Both the position numbers and the translations under genes were made by a program. This document shows positions 26,953 through 38,209 of a stretch of 64,000 nt of DNA, in pieces. The stretch covers positions 124,001-188,000 of the forward strand of contig JAPETS010000040.1 in NCBI GenBank assembly GCA_026023565.1, written 5' to 3'. The DNA comes from Cirrosporium novae-zelandiae. Its lineage: Eukaryota. Each line of letters opens with the position of its first letter. Within the stretch, counting starts at the first letter, position 1. The notes below the pieces were generated by a model. The model saw only the letters and a list, made by a program, of their open reading frames with translations. It was not told where the DNA came from and ran no database searches.

Positions 26953-28373
26953 TCAGCCGGACATTACAGCTACGTCGACCGACTCAATGCGCCAAAGGTA
27001 CCACATAAACACGCTCCTGTCGCTCTGTCAGATGGAATTTGCAAATACCAAAAGGGTGATTTGGTACCTGTATGGAGCGAACTTTGCAGAATAATCTAGC
27101 ATGTCTTTCTCTGACATGTACTTCCACTTTCCTCCTTTAGCCTTCTTTAGCTTACTCACATCCTTCCCTAGGAGTGCAGCCATGCCTCGTCTTTAAATCA
27201 AGTTAGCAATGATCCCACATATCATACTCCCCAGACCGACGTTAGAAATTAGGGGAGACCTATCCCAAGGTATTTAACCCTATCTATTAAGATAAGAGTT
27301 TTGCGTTTGGGAGTTTTCCAACAGGAGAGCATGTTATGGCAGTCATAAACGAATTGAATCGACCCAGATACACTTACTGTACTCCTAAATCTCCACAGGA
27401 AAACACATCCAGTCGTTTAAGACTAAAACACATGAACCTATCTATAGTTAGCATACTGTCATAATAAATATTCCCCTATCCACACATACATTTCTACAGA
27501 CCATCGTCCCAGACCCCGGACAGCCGTAAGAAGCTCGATAATCTCCTCATCAGACCCTTCGATCAGTTTCTTAGCCGTAAGCTCACGACTTGCAAATTTC
27601 TCCGCAAGTCCTTTGATATATTCCGCTTTCCGCTGTGAGAGTCCAGCGGTTCGAAGCGTGGTTATGTCCGTCTCCGCAACCTGCTGCGGAGTTGGAAATG
27701 GTAGAGTCTTCTCATCTTCTGCGCCATTGGATGATTTATCAAACAATGCTATGAATTTGTTCTTTATCGAGTTGGCTGCAGCCCCGGACACCTGTTGTGC
27801 ACATATACTGCTGACCAAGCTCTTGAATGGCTCAACCTCCTCTGCTAATGCCTCAGGAGAGAATACTGTACAGGGATTGTTTCCAATGACTGCTTGTAGC
27901 TTGGGCTCAATGTGTACGAGATGAGCACAAGCTTTTGAAAGGAGGGTACCAGCAGTAACCGTAATTTCGTTGTCACCTCCTGAGAATGCCAAGACTTGTG
28001 ATGAAGACGGTGTCTTCAAAAGCGCATTGGTGCTGTGCGGCTCCACAGGCCTGTCGAGTATGGAAGGATTGTTATTCTCGCCTTCGGGTAGGGCTGTTGT
28101 TATGCTATTTCCGGTTGGGGTAATAGGTATAGCTGTAGCTATATTCGCATCCTGCGTCTTCCTTGATCTCTTCGATGTCGAAGGTGGATTTGTCGTTTTG
28201 GTTGATTTGGTTGTCCTTGGCTTTCGTATCTTCTTTTGTATGCCATTTTGACTAGCGGGTTTAGTCGTGGCTTTGGTGCTCTTTTGCCTCACAATTGTAT
28301 CTCTTTTCAATGCTGTTGCGATGGCGGTAGCGTTATCCGCAGCCTGAATTCTGGCCGAACGCCGCAAGGTCAT
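26953..28373 (-). CDS. MAG1: DNA-3-methyladenine glycosylase (AlkA/HhH-GPD family)
   Basis: ICAQQVSGAAA, LRTAGLSQRKAEYI, HhH motif VRGLGRWSVEMF, R.DVFSCGDLGVQRGM and APYRSVFMWYLW. Introns 27438-27489, 27191-27377 and 27017-27067. Confidence 0.95.
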
Positions 28374-30547
28374 TTTGAAGGCTGTTACGCCTATCCGTGT
28401 AGTTGCCAGTGTGCATACCTCTCCTCACTTCCACCGTGGGATATAATCCTAAGATGAAACAAAGAATCAAATTTTATTTTCTCCATTTGGCTGAGGTCAG
28501 CCATCTGAACCAATACTGGATTAGTAATATTTGCACCACTCTAGGCTACAGGATCTACCCGTCCGCGCCGCCACACTTAATGATTACTGTGTGTGAACTT
28601 GGGCAGAACTTGGCTACTGACAAGAAGACGGGCAAGAAGACGGACAAAAACACCCTTTTACTACAAACTAATTTATATCAGAAAATACGGGGTACATTTT
28701 TCGGTGTTAAACGTCATAATAGACATAACCATTCATAGATAGTTTCTCTCACGCAAGCCAAGGCGAACCAGTTTAGTGGGACCAAAGTTATAATTCCTTG
28801 GCCCGAGAAACCATCAGAAGAGTATTTGAACGGTACCCAGTACCCATGGATTTGAATTCTCTCTATTGGGGATTGCTCATATCACTAAAGCTCATGCCCG
28901 ATCTATTGATAGTGTTGCAGATACCGAAAGGTCTTTATCTGATAGTCATTGGTCTCTCCCATGAATGACTCTGAGTTGGCAAAAATACCCTGTTTCATAT
29001 TTCTTACCGCAGTTGTAAGAAGAGGATATTATCAACCATAGCTTCAGCGATAGGACTTCAGCGACAGGACAATACGATGGGCTCCATTGGCTTATACGAA
29101 ACGTGTAGCGATATAAACCCCTTAGCATATCTTGATGTTGGCCATTGTAGGAAAGGATGCGAGAGAGGACTGCCGAATATATTTGATTTGTTCATTGGTG
29201 TCCTATTCTTTGGCAATGAAAACTGTAAAGTTGAACTGTGATTGGCAGGGAAATATTCCACCTATTATACATTAATTCACCACTAGCCTTCTAGGGAATG
29301 AACAAAACCATGAAATTTGTTATTCGTGTTAAGACCAACCGACAACACGATTCAAAAAAAAAAAAAAACAATTGGGCTAGTAACTTGGATCAACTTGGAT
29401 CAACTGTTGCGTATTCAAGAGATCGCTAGAGGGTGGAGCAGAGATGAATGTCTTGTATCGTTGGAGGCGAGCCAAGGCGATGGAAATAACAATGTCTAAG
29501 CATTCAACTATGGACAACTAGTCAAGACATCGTGGAGTTGATTGAGATTCTCGAAGGAAGAATCGAGATAGGAGGGTAGAAGCGTAAAAGGAGATGGCCG
29601 GGTTCGGTAAAAACGAACCCCGGGAAAGGCAAAAACTGATAGACATTGGATTGATTGAAGTTTTCAGGGATATTATTTGGATTTGTTTCAGTTGCCGTAG
29701 GTGAAAGAGGTAAAGTGGCGGGCTCCAGAGAAAGATAACGGGGAATTTCTCCAATAATAACCATCAATGGTCGATTTGGATCATCAAATGATAGAGGATC
29801 ACTAAAAATATGTGATTAGATGTGGTTAGATTTGGTCTAACATCCTAGCAAAAAGCCAAGTTTGCCCTTCGTGCGTGTCCTGTGTGTCCTGGCGTGATGT
29901 ACACGGATGGATGCAAATTGAAAGAACGGCGGGCGATCCTCCTTGTGGAGACGTTTTGACGCTGGGCTTGATGCATCCACATCTGCCAACGCCCTCGGCA
30001 TACATACGAGCATGAAGCATGAAGCATGGAGCATGGAGCATGGAGCATGGGGATAATAACCAAGTTTATGCAGGAGACCGTGGTGGCTACTGTACTCGAG
30101 TACGGATACATATCTCAACAAACATTTGGTCAAGGGAATTGAATTTGAACCATGACAACAATCAACCAACAAGTGTGGGAACTATCTAACAAGTGTCGAG
30201 TATATCGGTGGGGTTTAATTCGTATAAAAAATACGAAAATAAGAATCTCGATTTGGCTATTTTCAAGAACCATTCCCCATTCTAAGAAAATAGATCGGAA
30301 ATGAAGGATGGAAAGTTCGTTCAGAGTTAACGGCGGGATGCAAATCCTAATACTAATTATGCAGGATTATGTTATGAATGGAGATTTCCCCGTGACATCA
30401 GGGAATATGCCAGATACCAGATGCATGCCAGATGGAGAATTAAAAAAAAAAAATGATATAAATTGTAGATCCAGACGAGTTAGCTGCAGAAGATGACAAT
30501 TATTCACTCTCTGTCTATCTCTAATAGCATACGATTTCAAAGCAATT

Positions 30548-30578
<31 letters not shown>

Positions 30579-31989
30579 TAATTAATTAAAAGTAAAGGCA
30601 TAGTTAAGGTCTACTGAGCTTGTCAGATATATGAAATTATGAAGTTATGATATTCCGGAATACAAGGCAAAAAGATGGCTCGAGTCCTTCATCATCCATC
30701 GTACCAAGCACTTTCCCTCAGATTAATTGGATATCATCTTCAGGCCGTGGTGATGATTCGTGCATTGAATGACTTTGAATGACTTGGCAGGTCCCACAAT
30801 AAATAGACCAGGTACCATTGGACACCATCGAACCATTTCGACTATTTTATCAGACTTAGATAGAACCTTGCTTGTTCTGTGTGTGTATGTGTATGTTGTC
30901 TGTCTATCTGTATGTGTGTGTGTGTGTTTAATGGGTGGGTGTATTTTCAGCCAAAGTTAGGGGGTGGGAAGTGAGGCGTCAATTTTTCTCACAAACCAAG
31001 TTCTATGACCAAGTTCCATGACCAGATTGACCCATTGGACCCCCCTCCTCCCAAAGCTAAATGGGGTTGAATCTCAAATGTCTCTCTTTTTTTACCATTT
31101 GCTTGTGAAATTTTGGGTTAATGGTGGTTGGAAAGTCAAAGGGTATTTTTGTTTGGCAAGACAAGTTTCCCTGAAAATCCTTAAAAAAGAATTTCCTTTT
31201 GAAATCCGAACCTCTTAAATTACACAGTCCAGGGTACTAAATTAGATGTACTTGAGTAAATAGGAAGCTAACGAGATTGCTGTTTATTGTAAAGTGGGTA
31301 ACAAAGAGGGAGAAAAAAAAAGAAAAAAGGTACAAGGAAAGACATATGGAAGCTAATCAATCAGTGTAGTTTTGGGGGTGGTGATAGTAAGTAGTAGGAA
31401 GTAATTAGTTTAGTGTTGGTAAAGTACACGGAATTAAAGAAAGAGAGGGGAAGACCACCACACCAGTCTACACCAGTCTACCACTACCAGAGAGAAAGAG
31501 AAAGAGAAAAGGTGAGGGATGAGAGAGTAAAAAAGTGGTGGCAAGTGCTATCCCGGTATGACCGGTCTATCCACCGGTACCTTAGGCCTAGTACTAACCC
31601 GAAACGCCCCAATACCTGCCAAACCAAGCCAAGCCAATCCAAAGTAATCCAACATTACCAGGTCAATGCTCTCATCCGACCTCCTGTCCTATTTCCCACC
31701 CCTTCCCCAAAACTCCTCTTCTCTCCTTCACTTCTTCAACGCTTTTACTCTCGTTTTGAACTCCAGCCTACCCAACGCGTACTTTCCATATTCAAGAACG
31801 TGCGTCCCGTCTCCAGAGGAACCTCTTTCGTTCGTCATCTTGATTTGGTATTTCTTCTCTTCTTCTTCACTCGCTCTCCATCATCTTTTCATAACACAAA
31901 ACTTTTTTCTTCGGACGCGTAATCACTTTAGCAATCCATCGACTCTTATCCACCTTCACAACATAGAAGCTTGACTCACTTCTACAAAG

Positions 31990-32139
31990 GTACGTTGTCT
32001 ACTTGATTGACGTTGCTGCCATTAAACCATTGCTTCTTCCCATTGCTTGGCTCATCATCCCCTCCCCCCCCCTGAGCAGCAAGCTGTTGCAAAGTCTCTC
32101 GTTGAACATTTTACTAACAAGATCCTGCAATCAAAACAG
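31990..32139 (+). other. Probable 5'-UTR intron of ECM33
   Basis: AAG|GTACGT donor, perfect TACTAAC branch site (32112-32118) and CAG acceptor about 50 nt upstream of the ATG. Confidence 0.75.
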
Positions 32140-32188
32140 TGACGAAAGATCAATCAAGCAATAATTTTCAGCGAGTCCTTTAGTCACA

Positions 32189-33493
32189 ATGAAGTATCTT
32201 CTCCCAATTCTCGCCGGTGCTGGCGTGTCAGTTGGTAAGTTGAGTTGCTATATAGCTAAACCTCCAAAATAACAAATACTAATATCTTCTGTGTGTAGCT
32301 GCCTCATGCAGCGGAACAACCACAATTGAAAGCTCGGGTGATGCCACGGCCCTTGCCAGTTGTTCAACATACAGCGGATCAGTCGTCGTTGCGACTGCAG
32401 TCGCTGGAGATATTGCATTGGATTCAGTTCAGTCCATCACAGGAAGCTTGACGTGTGAGGGTGCCACCAACCTGACATCTCTCTCCGCCGATAGCTTGAC
32501 TGAGATCGGCAAGACTTTTCAATTGAATGGTTTGACCATTCTGTCAACATGCAGTTTCCCAGTGCTCACGAGCGTGGATGAGATCAACTGGGAGGCTCTT
32601 CCTGCGTTGCAAGAATTGACCTTCACCTCTGGCATCACCACAGTCTCAAGTGTTTTGATCACCAACACCCAGCTGAATGATCTTGATGGTATCGATCTTG
32701 AAACCGTCGACGTTTTGAACATCAATAATAACCCATATCTTACATCTGTCGACATGCAATTGGGAAATGTCAGCCAATCTCTTAACGTTGAAGCCAACGG
32801 CCGCAACCTGAAGGTTTCTTTCCCCAACCTTGAATGGGCCTACAACATGACCTTCCGAAACTGCAGTGAAGTTCTTCTTCCTTCTTTGGCTTCCGTCAAT
32901 GGATCCCTTGGATTCTACGAGAACTACTTTGAGACCTTCAGCGGCCCCAACCTTACTTCTACCGGTGGATCTCTTGCCTTTGACAACAACCCAGATCTCA
33001 CCAACATCTCCCTTCCTGCGCTTACAACCATCGGCGGTGGCTACCAAATTGCCAACAACTCCGATCTCAAGACCATCGATGGATTCAAGAAGCTCAAGAC
33101 CGTTGCTGGTGCTCTTGATTTCTCTGGTGACTTCAACAAGTAAGCAGTTCAGCCATGTTTACGAATATTCATTGTTCTAATCTGTCTAGTGTTTCTCTGC
33201 CCGCTCTTTCTGATGTTCGCGGTGGCTTCAACATGCAAAGTTCCGGAACTGTCGACTGCTCTACCTTCAAGGCCCTCAAGACTGATGGTACCATCAAGGG
33301 TACCTACACTTGCAAGAGCAAGACCAAGAACCCCGAGACTGCTGATGGCTCAAGCGGAAGCTCCTCCTCCAGTGGAAGCTCTTCCTCAAGCTCATCTTCA
33401 AGCAGTGCTGGTGCTGCTACCCATTACGAGGCCAATCTTCCTGTCTGGACCATCTCTTCAATCCTCGCAGGAATGATCTCTCTTCTCTTGTAA
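32189..33493 (+). CDS. ECM33: GPI-anchored cell wall organisation protein Ecm33 (Sps2/Pst1 family)
   Basis: Signal peptide MKYLLPILAGAGVSVA, receptor-L-like repeats (INWEALPALQ, FPNLEWAYNMTFRN, SLPALSDVRGGFN), Ser-rich stalk and hydrophobic GPI signal. Introns 32235-32298 and 33140-33189. Confidence 0.95.
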
Positions 33494-35454
33494 TGGCATA
33501 AGCCCTCGGCGTTTTCTCTTTGACGGCATAGACATAATCAGCTTGTGTGGAACGATTTCCTCTTCTTCGGCAGTTATCGGGCTTTTGAGCGTTCATTCTC
33601 TGTCAGGTTTAATCGCGACCAATCATGTTCAGCATGTTATAGGCTCCATGCAGCAGTCTGCTGGAAGGCCTCTGATATGTAATTAAGGCAACAAACAGTG
33701 CAAATTGGAGATATGGTTACACATACATGGTGTCGAGCAATTGGTGGCATCTGGCTTTGGACAGTCCGTTAGGGGTTGACCGTGGGGATTGTCTACTAGT
33801 CTTGCTTGTCAGGAGGTGATCAGCGGCACGAATAATGGGACATTCCTTCGACGTTAAAGAACCTCTGTTATCTTTTTTCATGTTGATATTGTGCGCTTGG
33901 TTTGTATGCTAGAAAAGCTTGTCATTCGGCCATCTACGGCGCTGAGACAGCATTAATTCCATGGTGATTCCATCTGAGTAACTCAAGTAGCAATTCCAAT
34001 GCAACAAGTCAGTCAAAGCGCATCGTTTGGGTAAAATGTGAAATGTAGCGGCATAGTTACACGAATAGCCGGGCACGCAGGTAACAGTTTCTGTTATCTC
34101 GTCCCTACTGGGTAGCACTAACTCTGGGTAACGTTGTACAGAAAACATCTTTTTTGCTAGTAGAACTTGACTGGGGTTTGATGAAGGTAGGGTCTTGGGG
34201 TCCGTGGAAATGGTTGCCCCCGATTCGATAAGGTTGTACAGCTACCCCAAGTTTGAGATGGTATAAAATCAACAACTATAATGTGGAGTATCTGCATTTA
34301 ATCGGCAGCCTAGTGCATGTCCTGACAAAAAAGGACAAGAGAACACAAAACGCAACGGATAAAAGTTATTCAGCATATTCAACGATCAAGCATGGATCAC
34401 AGGTTCTAATGTGCTGCAGTTTATATCTAACTATTGCTGGGTGAGAAAACCCCGACCACTACCGTACTTTGTTTGCCTATTGCCAAATCTAAGAATGTAA
34501 TGCAGTTACCCCCATTTCTATCTCTGGTCTTTGATCAGGCAAATCTCGTCCAGTCGAATTTCCCTCGTCATCACAAACTATAAGTCAAGGGTAATGTTCC
34601 AGGATGGTCGATTCAAATTCTCATCTCGTAAATTCTCCTAAAGTGGCGAAGAATGCGATGATTCGACCGAGCAGGCTTGGCTTTCTGGGTTGGAGTTGAT
34701 TCAAGGACCGGCTAGAGGCGTTCAAATTGAGGCCTGCAGGTCCTAAGTCCTGTTTAGCCTCTACCCGATAACCGCAGGTAGGTTATACGCACGCTTTTCT
34801 GGATTCCTATAGCCTCATTGGGTTTATTCAAACTAATGACAACTTTTGCAGAAAACTCTGGAGACATGTTATCTTGGCTCTGTCATGTTCGCAGCTCTAT
34901 CTCACTCCTGAGACATGCACATGCCGATTTCGTATATAACTCGAGAGACGTTACCGATTCCGGCTTTGGTCGAACCCCCTTGCATATCGCATAACCTTGA
35001 ACGTTCTCGATATAGAAGCGGGGAAATAGGGAAATAGAGAATTGTAGGCCTGTAAGATAGAACGAAGCCACCTACCGATGCATTGGTGATCTTCCCATCT
35101 TCCCCGATCAGATCCCCCCTCGTTCTGGCGTAGAAGCAGTCTAAAGCAGCCTTTTGCATATGGTGAGTCAATATTTCCATCTAGTTGAGTTGGCTAACGT
35201 TGTCCATTGACAAGTAACATTCTATCCAGAACCTTCGCTCATTTTTACCTATTCTGTAACATTGCAGCCAAGGTCCAAAGTGCGGGATACGATGGAGCCA
35301 ACTCATTCTACTCTTTATAGAGTCCTTCTGACCCCAATGGAATACAATTTAATCACCACTATTTGTGCAGACCAGCGATTTCTCTCATATTTTATCTGCT
35401 ATATATTGCATTGACCGAGGATAAGCCTATCGCAGAAGCTGTTACCATATCAAA

Positions 35455-36513
35455 ATGTCGAGAGATGATCATATCGGCCACCCATTTCTTCCTCCCCCTT
35501 GGTTAACTGGGCAAAGCGAGCCTCTGCCTCCTACTTCTGGGTACTTCCACCGTATGCCGACGACGTGGTTCTCTACTGACTCAATATCAAGCCCTTTCCA
35601 CCATGGGTCTAGATTATTAAGCCTCGAACCAAATGCCCATAATCGCAGGCATTCTGATATTGGTCATTCTCAACGAGGAATTCCATACTTGCCCAACAAC
35701 GCAAGTGCAAGTTTTATAGCTTCGATGCAGACATTCTCCTTACAAGCTAGACCGCAGCAATCTCCAGCACAACCATTTCCCCCAACCCCGGTGTACGAAG
35801 GACATTCCTTCCATCAAGGTAGCCCGGCTGTCGTCCAGCAAACCCGGGGTTCTCTCAACACGGCCTCACAGGGATCCCAAAATAAGCGCAAACGCGGTAA
35901 AGGGACCCATCCAGAAACAGCAAAGTCCATTGCACACAAGGACCGCGAAAAAGATCGCCGTGACCGCATTCGCGGATCAACAGAAGAATTGCATGAACGC
36001 CTCGAGCCGGAGGATTATGCATTATTAGAGGCACGGGGAGTGGATCAAGGGAGAGATAAAAGAAGACCTGAAAAGATCAATAAAGAGCAGGTTTACGAGT
36101 GCATGGTCATCCGTAGCGATCGCCTCGTTGGAATAGTCAAGGGACATAAAAAAGATAATACGAGACTGATAGGGGAGAATGAGACGTTGAGGGGAAGACA
36201 ATTAGAAGCCTATGAAGAATGTGGAAGGTTAATAGAGAGCTCGGAGGGCAGAGATTACATAATTATTTCCGTGAGTAAGCTAATGAGAATAAGAGACATG
36301 ATCGCTCCCACCACAACCACATATAATATGGAGACTGAAAACTCCGGAAATAATGAGCGTGATCATTCTGCATCTGTGGCTCCATCCACTCCGCTCACAC
36401 CACCGACGCTCTCAAGCAGCACTAGTGTCGTTGAGGATAGTAGTGACAGCTACTCTCTCGATGCTACCTCTGAGCGCAAGTCGCCTGTCTTTTCTGACTT
36501 TGAGACTAGCTGA
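35455..36513 (+). CDS. Divergent bHLH(-ZIP)-like putative transcription factor
   Basis: 352-aa ORF with NLS KRKRGK, basic region/helix 1 AHKDREKDRRDRIRGSTEELHERL, a long loop, helix 2 KINKEQVYECMV and a following coiled-coil-like stretch. A further exon ending at 36627 is possible. Confidence 0.65.
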   Translation: MSRDDHIGHPFLPPPWLTGQSEPLPPTSGYFHRMPTTWFSTDSISSPFHHGSRLLSLEPNAHNRRHSDIGHSQRGIPYLPNNASASFIASMQTFSLQARPQQSPAQPFPPTPVYEGHSFHQGSPAVVQQTRGSLNTASQGSQNKRKRGKGTHPETAKSIAHKDREKDRRDRIRGSTEELHERLEPEDYALLEARGVDQGRDKRRPEKINKEQVYECMVIRSDRLVGIVKGHKKDNTRLIGENETLRGRQLEAYEECGRLIESSEGRDYIIISVSKLMRIRDMIAPTTTTYNMETENSGNNERDHSASVAPSTPLTPPTLSSSTSVVEDSSDSYSLDATSERKSPVFSDFETS

Positions 36514-38209
36514 CAATCATGGTGCTTGATTGAGGTTAGCATAACTAATCAAGATATCATCTGTGAGTGTGGGCGGTATCAAGATTCTGTGGATAGTGAT
36601 GCGGATTGGGTCGAAGTGAAGAAGTGACGAGGGGAGTTATTTGTGTTTTGTGTTTTTGTTTTTGTGGAGTGGTTGTTCTCATTGCCGTTCTTGGCCTGTC
36701 CCAACATACCTATCTAATCCGTCCTTGGTTTGGACTTTGGCTTGCTTGGCAATGATGTCTCTGCTCTACCTGCCTACTACCTGCTTATAAGTCTGGTACG
36801 ACACCATCATCCTCATCCTCATCCTCATCACCACTTGACTCATGCAACCAACCCAACCTCAAGGACACGACGTCTCAGTCTCGGTTTCGGTCTTAATTTC
36901 GGTTTCTACTTTTCCTTTCTCGATCTTGAATCTTATCCATCTCCTGCCTTTTTTTATCATCTTTGCGGGTTTATTTATGAGTGGAGAGGGAGAGGGGTGG
37001 TTAATGCCCATTACTATATCATCACAACAAACAAAAAAAGAAAGAAGAGAGAAGAAAGGAAGGAAAGCAAAGTGCAAACGCAAAAGGGGTATTTCATGTA
37101 TGGTTAATCAATCAATCAAGCAAGCATATCTTAATTATTCTATGAATTATGACAAACATCCCCCCCCAAAGAAAACAATCACCGTAAGGCTAGAACACCC
37201 ATAGATCGGTCCATCTAGAAAAACCGAAATACGAATTTTATCCCAGGTGCGATAGAGGCCGCTAGCCGAAAGAGGAGGGGGGGTGATTGATGGTACCACA
37301 GTAATTAATTAATTAATTAATTAAACGGCTTCCCCGGGAAGCGACAAGCGAGATCAGAGAGGGTGTTGCAATTTACTAATTAAGCGATTAATTGAATGCA
37401 GGAATCCGTAGTTGCTGGTCTATGGAAGAAGTGATATGTGGTATTTGTGTGTGGTGGTGTAGGACCGACTGGTCATGTGACTTTTTAACAGTTTGGACGG
37501 GGCTGGGGAGGTTGAGCAGGGCTGGATAGGTTAGGTAAGTATAGCAAGTATAATAAGTACTTTATTAGTTAAGGATGTATGTATGTATAGATATACTTTG
37601 TTGTACGTGGGTGGAAAAAATTGTGATAAGGATGGGTGAAGGTTATATATTTTATTTAAATAATAGTAGATTTATATCTTATAAGGTTTATTATTATTAT
37701 AATGTCTTGAAAATGTTTTGAAATTATTCGAAATGGAAGAGAGGTAAGAGGAGGGAGGTTAGGAGATGGGAAATAGGGGGATTTGAAGGAAATGGTTAAT
37801 AATATTATTAAAGGGGAAGGGAAGGATAGGATGGGATAGGATGGGATGGGATGGGATGGGGATGGGGATAAGAGGGAGGAAAAGAAAGAAAGGGGGTAAG
37901 AAAGAGGAAAGGAATGAGTATACGATATACGATATACGATGGAAGTTTTATTTTATTTTTTTATTTTGAGGGGGGGGGGGGAGTTATTTACGAAGGAGAA
38001 GTGGATATAATAATAAAATAAACAAGTTCGTGAGTTCGTGAGTGAGTAGATACATTCGATATTCAATACCAACATTTTTCTCCCTCTCTATATATATATC
38101 CAATCACGTTCATAGCCTATGATCTTAACCACTTAGCTAATACCAACCAACTCACCGCCTTCCCATCCAAGCACCCAAGTACCTATCCATCCATCTCCCC
38201 CCAAGCACC

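Noticed and set aside
27191..27377. Longer-than-usual introns in MAG1 (187 nt) and MEF2 (25350-25522) as snoRNA hosts or stwintrons
   Set aside because: I found no convincing C/D or H/ACA box pair and no nested splice-site arrangement.
29545..29625. Two small hairpins (GATTCT..AGAATC; GGGTTCG-GTAAAAA-CGAACCC) suggesting a tRNA or structured RNA
   Set aside because: There is no cloverleaf, A/B box arrangement or known snRNA/snoRNA motif, and 6-7 bp stems arise by chance. An Rfam scan would settle it.
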